A stretch of DNA of 64,000 bases. It comes from Trichoplax adhaerens (taxonomy: Eukaryota > Animalia > Placozoa). The stretch lies in NCBI RefSeq assembly GCF_000150275.1, contig NW_002060946.1:3863454-3927453 (forward strand), given 5' to 3'. The notes below the pieces were generated by a model that did no database searches, was not told the DNA's origin, and saw nothing but the letters and a program-made list of their open reading frames with translations. Positions 1 to 13,640 of this stretch are shown piece after piece. The position numbers and the translations under genes were made by a program. The number at the start of each line of letters is the position of its first letter. Position 1 is the stretch's first letter.

Positions 1-866
1 TATTGAAAGTATAAAACAAGGACATAAAATACAGTATCTGTTATAAATGTTAGGGTTAGCAACATGAGCGACATAATAATTGATGCTGCATCTTATGAAG
101 TAATTCCTGCAGCTAAAATTTAAGATTAATACATTCATGGAATAGATTCAACAGTTGTATCAATGAATATGACGAGTTAATAGTATTAAAGATTGATTGA
201 TGGCAGAAGAATGAGACGTTTTCTTAAATGTTTTAACGTGGAAATTGCTACGATCTTAAAATTTTTCGTAGATTATAAGTTACTGTGGATTAATGTACAT
301 ATGTAGTTTTTGAATTTTTTAGGTATGGAGCGATTGTACGCATACTGTATAGTGTATACGAGTTTAAATTGTTAAGACGTCATAGTCATAGTTGCATAGG
401 TGTGCAGCTAGTTATAAATAATTAAGAGAATATAATTATAAAGTCCTATTGGAGTTTAAGCAAATATGCTATCGCTACGGATAGAAATTTGTTCCTATTC
501 TGTTAAAGTATCAAATCACATAGTAGGATTAACTGTCCTTATTATTTTGTAACGAAATCAACTAGTTTATATGTGTATTGATATTGTGCATTAATGAAAA
601 TTATTCATTGTATCATGGCTTGTCTTTCATGAAATGTTTAACTAATTAATTGTGGGGATAAAATGGAAAGTAGTGAACTGTTAATAGCGGATTGTATTTT
701 CTATCTAAAAATCTTTTATGATAATTAAATGGTTGCAGAATAAAGAGTTTTATCGTCTCGATGTCCAAATTATTGAAATCGATTGAAATTTACAATGGTA
801 GGCTTATCAATAAGTGAAAAATCGAGTTATGGGAATTGTTCGTGTTATGATTGAAATGAATCATAC

Positions 867-2649
867 CTTGCAAAGGGGATAAAGTAGAAAAAATAAAGTA
901 AATGTAGCAGCAATAATTTGAATAAGATTAACATATTCTCGTGATGAAAGGTGGCGTATCGCTATAAAATTGATCCTGATTAAAATGATATTGGTGCGTG
1001 GTATTATTCCTATTTGTATCCTGCCGAAGTGATCAATTTACCCATAAAAGATTAAAAAAAGGAAAATAATCCAAAAATTTCATAAAGACTATGAGATTAG
1101 TTAAAAGATACGGTACAGTAGTAGTTAATTAATCTGATGTGCTAATTGGAAATTTGACTATTTTGTATATTTTAAAATAAAGGAACCTCTACCTACAGCA
1201 CTCAACTATAGCGTTCCATCAAGGAAAATTTCATGTATTAGTTTATAAATTGGATTGTCTTAATTTAAAAGTATCTTTTATCTATAGGGTTCTGTCAATT
1301 AAATTTTGAAGCTCTAGTTAATAAATAATCCAATTATTTAATTATTAGAATGTCTTTACGGGTGACGTTCGATTAGTTAACTAGACCTGATATGGTAGTT
1401 GATGAATCTGATTATTTAAATTTATTAAAATGAAACGTACCATTAGCGGTAGCGTTACATCAAGCGAATCATTTTACTAGCTAAGATGAAAATACTGCAG
1501 TAAAATATTATAAACCAGGATACCGGGCTTCTACTAAAGTGCGTAAATTAAAATTTAAGTATAAGTATCTAGAAATACTATAAAGCTACAATTAGAATAG
1601 TTGCTTACATGATACTATAATAGAATGACGTAGCATGTTCTAAGTCCACTTAATACTTTTATGAGATTCGAAAATTGAGATGTTTCTTTCTTATGGCCTT
1701 AAGTGTTCGATCGATAACAGTAAGCTACTGAAAGTTGTTTAGATCGTCTATTGCTAACTGTTTACATAAAATAATTTTAAAATAAATAATTAGAGCGACG
1801 CTGTATTTCAACTGCATTGTGAATATTTACAGTATGTCAATGTGGTCGTTTACCGTTAAATAAGGAAGATTCGAAAAAAAAGATGACAAATTAATCATGT
1901 TACCTAGACAGTAGAATTAACTCGGTAATGAACATGAATTTCAGTTAAAGCGCATAGTTCGGCAGTAGATCAATGGTTGTTTACATCATACCAGCACCGT
2001 AGATTTATTAAATTGGTATTCAGATTAAAAATATAAAAAAAGCTGTATTCATGATATGGAAAAGTCGATAGTTAAAAAAGGGGAAATTTCTCAACTTAAA
2101 AATAAAGCTGTAGGCACAGTAATATCATTTTAGTAGTGTACCCCCGTACGGGAGATTCATTAAAATATTCCAGACCGTATTCAAATAAATAAATGGTTAT
2201 AAAGGATGTTGTAATTGTAATTTGAAAATCAGGTGATGAGCTTAAAATAAGTTTATACTGGTTTAACGCAGAGTCTAGTACAATAGTAAAAGACTTTAGA
2301 CAAAATGGATGACTATCTGCTTCTTATGAATGGAATGGCACACAATCACAGTAAGTTTCAATTGATGTAATGATGGGATCAATATTAACACTAACTGTTC
2401 AGTAATTCGATTTTACCTTATTAAATTTTCTGCTCCTCCGCGTAATAGCATTGTACGAGCAATTTGGTTATGCAGGTTTATTCTTTTGATAAATAATCGT
2501 TCGGCATTAATTCGCATAGGGGTGTTAACATTATCATCTTCTTTCTCCCCTTGATGATTTTTACCATTGGATGAATTAACCATATGTTTACTATTACGAT
2601 AGCTGTCTTTGGCATTGCTATCTTTTGAACTACTGCCAATTAGACTCAT
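867..2649 (-). CDS. 5' coding exons of an unidentified protein with a hydrophobic signal/TM segment; gene continues left out of the window
   Basis: Exon 2649-2417 (MSLIGSSSKD...GGAENLI, donor AG|gtaaaa, phase 2) joins in frame to exon 975-867 (acceptor ttttaatcag|, RINFIAIRHLSSREYVNLIQIIAATFTLFFLLYPLCK, donor |gtatga). A pyrimidine tract at the window edge (positions 1-20, minus strand) suggests the next acceptor lies just outside. No family recognised. Confidence 0.5.
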
Positions 2650-5600
2650 TTTGGCTTGTATTTTCTTACTGTTGATTACCAATGTAAATACTTTGGTAAT
2701 AGTTAATGTTAGAGCAAAGAGTTTATCCAATTACTCATTCACTTTCCAAATAGTAACGATATTGCCAATCATACGACAATTCGTGTATGAATATGGTGGA
2801 ATTTTTGCAAGTTTTATCCAAGAAGTTGGAATTAATGCTCCGTCTTGTGTTGAAGTTTAAATCCAGGATCTTTCAACGATTATGATTACAAAGAATATTC
2901 AATTAATGGAGTTGTTTGATCTAGGAGTATGGACTAACCACTGTTTGTAAAAACTTTATAAGATTTCTTTTTGGACTCAGATATTCCACTTAATTATACT
3001 GGTACACATAAGTGTAGCTGTTTTACCTTGTTGTCTGTTTCCTTGTAATATTTTGTATTCGTCTCACGAACTGAAATATAGAAAAAGTTATGATTATTTA
3101 TTTTGATTGTCTAGAGATGATGAAGATGCAGTCATTTTCAATATTATAAGGTTAAGGATATTAAAAAACTCGCTACTATAGAATTGCTATGATTGGAACA
3201 AAGCACCTAAGTGAGGGCTAGGGTAAATCAACTACTTCCGAATTGAAGGATTAGCTATTGGTCTGAGCATATTCAATACAAATAAATTTATCAATACCTC
3301 TTTTTACCGTTAATAATTTTTAATTGGGTTAATTAGTTATGCAGTATTTTGTAGCGATGAACATACTGTGTTCTCGATCGACAGTTTAATAATGACGATA
3401 GTGATAGCAAGAAGTTGATGGTTAATCGTTTTAAGTGAAAAAATAACAACTTTGATTCTGCTTTCTACTTTAAAGTCTAGAATTACAAATAGAATTTTGC
3501 CTTTTCTCATCACATGATCCTATGCTGATAATACGTTGAAATTTATATCTCTAAGTACATTAGTCATGATCTAGGGAGCTGACCTGAAAATAAAAGATAT
3601 CAAATAGGCGCAAAATAGCAACTAACTTGTATTAATCTTGATCGGTGTTGAGTAATAGCGACAGTCTGGGCATTAAAATTTTGAGGAAAAGTCAAGTTGT
3701 ATGACGTGTGTTTTGATGCAACATTCCTTTATTACATTGCTATATACTAAAATGGCGCATAATATAATATGGTACAATGTGATTTTTTCTGTCATAGGCG
3801 TGTTTAATTAATTATCGCGTCGCAATCCATGCTGTGGCTAGAGTCAGAACTGGCACGATATGGCCATTGGTAGAGAAAAATGGCGAACCGTGTTGTTCTC
3901 CATGGCTCTATTAGGTATAGATCATCGTTATTGAAGTGTTAACTGGTAAATTTGGTTGTATACAAAGCCTGTACTCTGACTATAATATTACAGTGTACAT
4001 TTTGGGGAGGGCTACAAAAAAGCTAAAGGATAATACGCGGGGATAATAAGGTAAATAAATAAGAATAAAAAATGATCAAAATGAACAGCCAGTCATGAGG
4101 GCTGAAAAGAAGGCAAGTTAAGCGATTACTGTCCCAATTTAAAGTGTTGATAAATAATATGGAATTATTGTTGTATGTTTTAAATCAATGTATAGGGTCT
4201 AATCTATGTACTGGAATATAGAAACCAAGCGTTGAATCGACAGTATGACTAGCTAAATTGTTGAAAAATCAAAACTGATCTATACTGTATGTCATAGCTG
4301 CCGTATAAATGGGATACTACAGTTAGTGGCCAGGGTGAAAATAATCTGTTCTATCCAAGCCATCATTGAATCTCCGCTTGTATCGTTAGCGCTAGGCGTA
4401 ATGTGATCGATTAATAAACACACGTTATGATTGGCGTGTATGTCGGTGATCGATCGAAATCGATTATCGTAGTCATCGTTTACGATAGCTTTGTCCTATC
4501 TATTTCTACGGTAACCTGTAACTATAAATTGGATCGTATTGCAATTCAATCTATAGCCATGCATATCTAGTTCCGATAAGCTATTCAATATTATTTATCA
4601 TCAGCGGTTACAATGACAACGATCAAGATAACATTGATTTAGTTAGTATAGTATAACCAATCGATCCAACCGCACGCTGCATGGAAAGGTTTCCCCCCTA
4701 ATAAAAGAATATCAACCCGGAGTATGCAAACGATCGATCAAGTTGATTTTCCTTTTTTTTTGGGGGGGGGGGTTAGAATATTATCGTTGCGTTGATTGAA
4801 CTAGGCGTAAGTATCCTTGAAGCCGTTAAAATTAATCATTGGACTATAGTCACGTCGTCATCACTTACCGTTATGATTTGGAAATGAATTTCAACCCGCT
4901 TGCAGTTGAACGAATGATAATATCAGGTTGGCCAGGGTGATCGTATTAAGCTCTGGAAATTTAGTAATAATGTCGAAAGAATCAATCGGAGATGGAGAAC
5001 GTTAACATAATATTGAATCGGAAAACGTTGACCATGTTTGTCTATTGGTACATAGGGGGGGGGGGGCTGGGGGGGTTACAAGAATGTCATTCCAGCCACC
5101 CGTGAGGATTTGCGTTAAAGTGTACTCGATCCAGCGGGTTTAGCGCTGGATACGTCCAAGGTAAATAGTCACTTGGGGGTGCTACTGTACTCTACTAGTG
5201 TATCGGATAGTACTGCACGCGTTGCGTGCGTGCGGGCATGCGGTGGTCAAACCTGTGTTAACACGTAGGGAATGGACGCCCATCAGGCAGCGCAGTACTT
5301 CACTAATCTTCTCTCTACTCTACGTGTCCATGATCAGGCAGTATGCAATGGCGTCCAGACCACTGTCTCTTTTTCGACCTGTCTGTACACTAGACTAGTA
5401 GACATGGACAACATGGAAACAATTTTCCTTTTGTCATCATCATTGTGTAATAGCTGGTCAGCGATGATGTAACTCGCTATGGGCTGGTCTGCCACGCCTA
5501 GCTGCATGCATATTTAAAGTCATATTCACTTTGTTAAACAACGTTACTTGTTTACGCTGCTTGGTTAATTAATTAAGCCCCTGTGTAGTTTTGTCAATGG

Positions 5601-6424
5601 ATAAGCCCACCATATTGGAGGTAGACGTATACCACGTATTAATTACTGTAGCATGATTGTCTTACTTATCCACTAGGATAACTAGACATCAAGTAGAATG
5701 CGCATGATGCCACTCCAGTTTTCCATGGAGATTAGTTTACTTAATATTGTTCGTTAATAAACCGTACGCTATTATCTTGCAACAATACTTTATTGACAAT
5801 ATGGATAGCTTGTGACTGTCGTACAGTATTACCACCTTCTACAACGATTGAATAGACACTACAGTAATATCACTTTTTTGCTACTACCTTGTCATCATTA
5901 AAATCCAATAGGACGCTAATTATTGGATATACGTCGTATACTGCAATCTTTTTATGTTTCTTCGTTTAGGATAGTATTTTATTTTTGCTACATGAACTAC
6001 TGTCGACTGTTATTTATCTTCGTTTCATCGTTGAATTGAATCCTGGGATAATTTTCTTCAAAAAGAGTCCTATTGATGCGCAATGCCAGTAGGCTATCAT
6101 GAGCTCTTTGAATTTGGCTGCAGTACCGTAAGAAAAATGGTGTCTGTTCTGATGATAGACAATACTATTGTTGTCATTTACGCGTAGAATCATTTTTTTC
6201 AGTTGACATCCCATAATATTATGCATACGTAATACTCTACAAACGGCACAAATCTTTGAGGAAACCAGTGATGTAAAGCCAATCAAAATAAGGAGAAATA
6301 ATCCTTAAAAACAAACAATAATTATAATTCAATAAATAACTAGTGTTGCCGCGTCTCGTATATTGGAATTGCATCGTGCAAATGGCTGATGATTCGCCAG
6401 TCAAATGCAGTCCTATGCTGTCCT

Positions 6425-6453
6425 ATGGACGACTAAAATTTCTAGTAGTCCAT
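6425..6453. repeat. short imperfect palindrome ATGGACGACTA...TAGTAGTCCAT
   Basis: Arms are reverse complementary with few mismatches; the right arm TAGTAGTCCATG is shared with 14530-14570. Confidence 0.6.
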
Positions 6454-6636
6454 GATTGTACACTATACCGTTGATCAATCGATTTATAGACTATGTATAA
6501 CATAGGAGACTGGGATTTCAAGATCATTTCTGATTTTATTTTTGGCGTCGTTTGCAGAGGCAGAGCTTAGCTGCAACTTTATTATGGTGATGATGTACAT
6601 CATACAATAGTGTACAGTAGACTGTACAGTGCAGTA

Positions 6637-6903
6637 GTGTATTTTAGAGACACAGGCTGGATCCTATTGTTCCGCTGCACTTGTTAAAACATTTTGATGT
6701 AGAAAATAAAATTGGATATGTGTGTACTGTATTTAAGAGACACAGGCTGGATCATATTGTTCCGCTGCACTTGTTAAAACATTTTGATATGGAAAAATAA
6801 AATTGGATTTGTGTGTACTGTATTTTAGAGACACAGGCTGGATCCTATTGTTCCGCTGCACTTATTAAAACATTTTGATGTGGAAAATAAAATTGGATTT
6901 GTG
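6637..6903. repeat. tandem repeat, ~91 bp x 3
   Basis: agagacacaggctggatc(c/a)tattgttccgctgcactt recurs at ~6646, ~6736 and ~6827. Confidence 0.9.
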
Positions 6904-7109
6904 ACTTTAGGGTATTTGGAAAGCACTCAGGCTGTCTTGAAGTTGTTCAAGCCAGCCTGGAAGGATGACATAGTGGTCTAAAAAATTTTGGATCTCTATG
7001 CTGATGATGATGTGGGCTGATGAAATACTGGACAGTACACTACAGTACCGTACTGTAAGGGAGCAATGCCACGTCATACAAAAGCTCAAAACTACAGTGA
7101 ATTAGCATA

Positions 7110-7290
7110 TGTACTGTACCAGGCCTTATACTGTACTGTACTGTACAGGCTTTTGACTAAAAAGTTGTCCCATTGAAGGTGGAAATCGGACGAAATTACA
7201 GTACACTGTACTGTAAGAAAACGATCGTCTCAGTACTGTACAGTATAGCACTGTACAGTGTACAGTACATCCAGTACAGTGCACAGTACC
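7110..7290. promoter_or_regulatory. TACTGTAC/CAGTA-rich cluster upstream of ABHD4/5 (putative promoter)
   Basis: Dense tactgtactgta/cagtacag tracts 200-400 bp upstream of the ATG at 7503; the same signature precedes other genes in the window. Confidence 0.5.
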
Positions 7291-7502
7291 GATGAATGGC
7301 GAAAACAAAAGAAATTCACTTCGTCATCGTACTGTAGCAACTGGCCGTACCAATCAATATTGCTAGACTGCGGTTACGACGACATTGATCGTGAACTAGA
7401 TTTGGGTCAAAGTGCTTGAAATTCTGCCGCCTGATCATTGCTGTAGGAAATGATTTATTAAGCTTTCTAATGCTACGTCGAGTCTTAACTACCAATCTAC
7501 AA

Positions 7503-10085
7503 ATGTCTTCAGAAAGGTAAAAGTTCACTTTGATAGATAGCAATCATAATCATTTCATCATAGCACTGGACCGTGATGATGCTATGACAAAACATTGTCG
7601 TAGTAATGACTTGCAAAATGTTGATGACTGTTGTTGATAATGAACGCTGACTATTTGAACTCTTTCTGTAGTACTCAGTCCAATGGATGGTTTGGCAATT
7701 GGTTGAGATGGTGCCCGACCAGTGCTGCTATGCTTGAATATGCTGAAAATAAGATTTTAAGAAGTGCGTAAGCGCAATTTCCAACTTATTCTACGCCTAC
7801 ACCAAGGATCATAATCCATTCAACAACAATCCTATCCAATCATTAAAATGCCTCTTTTCAATCAACATAAAATTTGAACCATTATCCAAGTAGTACCGAT
7901 GTTGTTGTTCACCAATAACACGCATCATTTCTTAATCAATGTTCATAATATTATAGTACGCTTGGTACTAGCAATACGAGTACACTTCTCGACCGTTAAA
8001 ATACTACTGGACGACGATCGCAGGACAGTATACAGTTATTCCAATGCAACGATGATCTAAAACTAATCATTATTTCTCCGTTGTTCCTTGTTTCAAAATT
8101 CATCTACACCGAAAACTTTGTTGTCAGTTCTGATCGTATCATACTGCACAACGGATTTTCGATGGATTGCTTTATGCAAGGGCTTCATACAGACGAGTAT
8201 ACTTTGAACCAGCCAGACCTATTACAGTAGCAATATTTTTTCCTTTACCATGATGATAACTTCGAAAGGGGTTACGATTTAGCACTACTCTAGACTTCAC
8301 ATTACTGTAGTATTCATCATTGTTGGTTCAAAAGGGAGTTCAACTTGTACATTTATTCATTAATTATTGGGCATACTTTCCATTCTTTTATTTTACAATT
8401 TCTTGACATTGGAAATACCCTCTTAACTGTTTTAAGCATTCACTGTTGTGCAAATGGAAGAAATTTGAGAAAGTAAAGTCGTCGTAGTTTTCGATCAAAG
8501 CATAAAATTCTTGTTCTTCTACAATCTCCTTTTCTCCTACATGATATCTTAACTTTCTTACTAGCATTCAATATTGAACAAATTAAAGAAATAGTAATGA
8601 TAAAGTCTGTTATTGTTGCTTGCATACACCCATTTAGACCTAATGAAGAGAGTTATTCTGCATGAATCACTCCGTGTTTTAATAGCTGATTTAATATAAA
8701 CCAGTAATGATAATATTGACTAAGGCATCTTATAACGATTTTATCTACTTGATGTAGAATTGGATAATTATTTCGATAGCTAAAGACCACAATAGACTAC
8801 TTACAGTATTTTGCTAGTCATTTTAGACGATTGCACGTACAGTTTCGTAAATAAATCATGTATACTAAACAACACTGACAGATTAACTGTAGATCAAACT
8901 ACTGTAGTTATCGCCAACGTTGCCATTTCAGCAATATTAACTCAATGTGCCCACTCTTTTACTCATTTTCATTGAAAATACAGATGTCAAAGCGAAATGT
9001 GAAAGAAGACTTGTGGTAATCGGTAACGATGAATGCCTATTAACCTTAAAAGTAGTGCAAAAGAGTAAAGATAAAAACAAAACGCCATTACTTATGCTAC
9101 ATGGATTTGGTGGCGGTGTTGGCCTATGGGCTCAAAATATCGACTACTTATCACAGAATCGTACATTGTATGCAATTGATTTACTTGGATTTGGTCGTAG
9201 TTCTAGGCCAAAATTCGATAACGATCCAACATTAGTTGAGAAAAGGTTTATCGAATCGATTGAATCTTGGCGATCTCAAGTGGGAATCGACAAGTTTATC
9301 TTGCTAGGCCATAGCTTAGGTGGATTTCTATCGGCTTCTTATGCAATAAGTTACCCACAACATGTAAAGCATTTAATTTTGGTCGATCCATGGGGCTTTC
9401 CTGAAAAGCCTGCAGAATCGGAATATCAAAGACGTATACCAAGATGGATTAAGTTTGTTTCCATGTTGATGGATCCGTATAACCCGTTAGCCCTAGTACG
9501 TGTCTCTGGCCCTTGGGGTACGTAAAAATACTAGAAATATGCTAGTTATGATTTTATGTTGATATTGAATACGATATATTTGATATTTCTATTTTAGGAC
9601 CTCAGCTTGTAAAAAGATTTAGGCCTGATTTTCAGCGAAAATTTAGTAACATATTTGGTGGGGAAGATGATACTGTCCTAGATTACATTTATCACTGTAA
9701 TGCACAAGAACCAAGGTAAGATGAATTGATTTTGCTATTTATGATATATAACAAACATGACAGTACGATCAATGGATCTACTCGTTAACTTTTATCTTTG
9801 AATATTAGTGGTGAATCCGCTTTTAAGTCGATGACTGCAGCCTTTGGTTGGTCTAAAGATCCGATGATTAAGAGAGTGGATCAGATAAGAGATGACGTTC
9901 CAATTACTATGATGTATGGCGCTCGTTCATGGATTGATTATGAAACTGGTTATGTAGTTCAGAAAATAAGATCAAAATCTTTTGTCGATGTAGCCCTTAT
10001 ACCTGGTGCAGGTCATCACGTCTACGCCGATAGGCCTGATCTTTTTAATGAAGCTGTCTTTCAATGCTGCAATTCGGCCGATTAA
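7503..10085 (+). CDS. ABHD4: alpha/beta hydrolase ABHD4/ABHD5 family (Ser-type, ABHD4-like lipase)
   Basis: Five GT-AG exons with consistent phases: 7503-7516, 7672-7763, 8984-9517, 9598-9715, 9809-10085. Motifs [37 protein letters not shown] (nucleophile Ser), [28 protein letters not shown] (HX4D). Confidence 0.92.
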
Positions 10086-10999
10086 AAGTGTTTTTGGTAT
10101 TATTTATGCCCAAACTTGAAATACTTGATGGAAGTGGTCGTAAAACCACATGGCCATTTTGACATACAATAATTTATGCAAAGCTTCTTATATGCTGTTA
10201 GTTTTACGCGAATGGAAACCTTGTCAAGTATTATGATTTGCTGAGGAATGCAAATTTATCACTTTATGTATAGCGCCGTAATAGGTGCCCATACTATCTA
10301 TGATGGTGGGATAACATCTATACTCTAGTCATTTAATGAATACTTAGCACAAGCTACTGTACAGTCAATATGAGTATAATATCTTAAGATGGAATGCATA
10401 TTGACATAGGTCGTGTGCCTATCTTGTTTATAAAACGTATTAAAACTTTTCATTGGATATTCATCTTATTTAGACGATACAGTATGAATGTTGTGTCGTA
10501 CCATTTCATAAAGCTTAATTAGATTCTTTGCACACAAGATATTTTATTTGCCTGTGCACTTAGTAGCATGATTAAAATTTTATTGTTCAATAAATTTGTC
10601 AAGATTTACGCTTGTGACAACTTGGAGATTTCAATCTTGGATGCAGAATAGTGGCTGATATATAAAGCATGCTATCATTACTAAATCATTTCAAATACAG
10701 TACATCAGTATGAGCCAGCTTGGTTTTTCCTTCAACAGCTATGTATTGCTGTATACTTACTTGTATACAACTTGGTTATAAATCAAAATCGATTTTTTTA
10801 GGCATTTCAGAAATTGAAATTTGTGATTAATTACGTTCGGGGGCGATACTTTTAGTTTTTAGTACTAGTAAATCCCTAACTTCAGGAATGGATCTTTGCT
10901 ATCGTGATAAATTTTTCTATTTAGTAGTTTTTATTGAAAAAGCACCTTGGTCTTTGCAAGTTTGCGACAGGATTACAATACGTAAGGTACGAGTACGGT

Positions 11000-11033
11000 C
11001 AGGGATTTTTAAGAAATCCTTAAAAAGTCCCTG
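11000..11033. repeat. short inverted repeat CAGGGATTTTTAAG-n5-CTTAAAAAGTCCCTG
   Basis: 14-bp arms with one inserted base, between the convergent ABHD4 and PGLS 3' ends. Confidence 0.55.
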
Positions 11034-11690
11034 GTACGGGCATATTGACTGTAACGACTAGTGTGGAATGAAATAGCATGTTGGTTTCGGCAGTAATTTT
11101 TTTATTCCATGTTATATCTATAATTAATTTTAGAAATAACAAATAATCACCAGTCTACTTCATAAACAATTCTGTACCTGATCGAATTATTGTTCATCAG
11201 TTTTATAAAAAATCGTCAATTGCATCTTTGAAGTAGTTGTAATAGGACTCTACATAAGATAATTTAGCTTGAGACAAATTATTATCCTATTTAAGATAGT
11301 AATTTACCAATTCTCTATCATGTAGAAATGCTTTATTGTATTATAGTAACTGAATCAGTTCAATAAGTATTACTAGAATTAAACTATACCATACTAACAA
11401 GTTGCTATAGTAGTACAGTTCAGATACTGTACAAGGCTGGTAGGAAGAATTCTAGATATAACGAAAAGATTTATTCTAGATTGTATCATAGTCCAATCAT
11501 ATTGATCGACTCAATAGCTACGAGGACAGCAATGTGTAATTAGATTATTACTGCGATCTTGTAACGAAAATTTGTAAGAGATCAAAGGTAAAGTAGTCGC
11601 AGCTATTCCAACCAATAGTGCCAGTGATTAAATCAGGCTATAACTCCATTTGATAAGTACTTATGTCAGTCGTTGATTATATTATTGGAA

Positions 11691-12404
11691 TTATTGTAGT
11701 TTACTAGCTGCGCCACGATCGAGAAACCAAATATGTTCACCGTTGGTTAACTTTACTCTTGCAGATGGAAATGACTGATCGTTATCACAGATTATCTTTT
11801 TCAAGACATCAGCCTTTGCTTCGCCAGTACATACGAAAGCTACACTTTTTGCGGCATTAATAATGGGATAGGTTAAAGTGATTCTTTGCGGTGGTGGTTT
11901 AGGAGAATCCGAAATGAAGGAAACAAGTGAACTTGTTTCTGTTAATAAAGAATGGCCTGGAAACAAAGAGCACGTATGACCATCAGGTCCCATACCAAGT
12001 AATAATAAATCGAGAGATGGAATGCTAACGCCTGGATAGAGTGAACGCAACTTCTTTTCGTAATCAGCTGCTGCTGCTTCTAGCGGTAAACTATAATCTA
12101 GAATAATTTCACCGCCAACTTGTGTAGGTAATTTTCTACCAATATGCTGCTTGTATGCGTTATAGTTACTTTCTTTATCATCTAATGATACATAACGCTC
12201 ATCACATAGCAATACCTGCCAGTGTCCATAATCGCATGATACTTGTTGGATGGAATTTCCAACGATAGAAGGTAAACTACCACCTGAAAAGCCTATGGTG
12301 AAAAATCCATGATCTTGGATAGCTTGAGAAGATTTCTCTGCTATATATTTGCAAAGATCTTGACCAAGTGATGCTTTATCTTCAAATTGTCGTACAGAAG
12401 CCAT
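11691..12404 (-). CDS. PGLS: 6-phosphogluconolactonase
   Basis: Single-exon CDS of 237 aa from ATG 12404, directly after the acceptor tttgcag|. Motifs GFSGGSLP, CDERYV, DLLLLGMGPDGHTCSLFP, DSPKPPPQRITLT, WFLDRGAA. Confidence 0.95.
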   Translation of the reverse strand: MASVRQFEDKASLGQDLCKYIAEKSSQAIQDHGFFTIGFSGGSLPSIVGNSIQQVSCDYGHWQVLLCDERYVSLDDKESNYNAYKQHIGRKLPTQVGGEIILDYSLPLEAAAADYEKKLRSLYPGVSIPSLDLLLLGMGPDGHTCSLFPGHSLLTETSSLVSFISDSPKPPPQRITLTYPIINAAKSVAFVCTGEAKADVLKKIICDNDQSFPSARVKLTNGEHIWFLDRGAASKLQ

Positions 12405-12584
12405 CTGCAAAAGTTTGCCAGGTATCAGCTAGTCAACAACAACCTTGACCATACGACAGACGTAGATGATATATTTCTCTACTCTATAGTACTGCATAAC
12501 TCTAGTAACTACTGTACTGAAACACCAAGGTATAAAAGAACCAGCCAGACCTTGCATCACTTCACCACGCCCACGGCTAATTAG

Positions 12585-13640
12585 GATACTGTATCCTCTA
12601 TCACTTAGCCCTCCTTCGGTATTATGCAATGCAATAGAGTAGCTGTCGTCATGACTATATGCTAAAAGTTTCACTACTGCATTATTTGGATACAATCGTA
12701 GCTAATACAGTATCCTCGATCACTTAGCCCTCCTTCGGTATTATGCAATGCAATGAGGTAGCGGTCGTCATGACTATATACAAAAAGTTTCATTACTGCA
12801 TTATTTGGATACAATCATAGCTAATACAGTATCCTCTATCACTTAGCCCTCCTTCGGTATTATGCAATGCAATAAGTTAGCGGTCGCCATGACTATATGC
12901 TAAAAGTTTCATTACTGCATTATTTTGATACAATCGTAGCTAATACAGCATCCTCTATCACTTAGCCCTCCTTCGGTATTATGCAATGCAATAGAGTAGC
13001 TGTCGTCATGACTATATGCTAAAAGTTTCACTACTGCATTATTTTGATACAATCGTAGCTAATACAGTATCCTCGATCACTTAGCCCTCCTTCGGTATTA
13101 TGCAATGCAATGAGGTAGCGGTCGTCATGACTATATACAAAAAGTTTCATTACTGCATTATTTGGATACAATCATAGCTAATACAGCATCCTCTATCACT
13201 TAGCCCTCCTTCGGTATTATGCAATGCAATAAGTTAGCGGTCGCCATGACTATATGCTAAAAGTTTCACTACTGCATTATTTTGATACAATCGTAGCTAA
13301 TACAGCATCCTCGATCACTTAGCCCTCCTTCGGTATTATGCAATGCAATAGAGTAGCTGTCGTCATGACTATATGCTAAAAGTTTCACTACTGCATTATT
13401 TTGATACAATCGTAGCTAATACAGTATCCTCGATCACTTAGCCCTCCTTCGGTATTATGCAATGCAATAAGGTAGCGGTCGTCATGACTATATGCAAAAA
13501 AGTTTCATTACTGCATTATTTTGATACAATCATAGCTAATACAGCATCCTCTATCACTTAGCCCTCCTTCGGTATTATGCAATGCAATAAGGTAGCGGTC
13601 GTCATGACTAAAGTTTTAAGTGCATTATTCTGATACAATC
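12585..13640. repeat. 119-bp minisatellite, ~9 copies, with A-B-C trimer higher-order pattern
   Basis: cacttagccctccttcggtattatgcaatgcaat recurs at ~12602, 12721, 12840, 12959, 13078, 13197, 13316, 13435 and 13555. Confidence 0.95.

Noticed and set aside
1-113. Possible third coding exon of the unidentified minus-strand gene (open frame LQELLHKMQH...)
   Set aside because: Equally explained as intron ending in a pyrimidine tract at the window edge; it cannot be resolved here.
11691-11705. Peroxisomal PTS1 on PGLS
   Set aside because: The C-terminus is SKLQ-stop; SKL is not terminal, so it is not a canonical PTS1.
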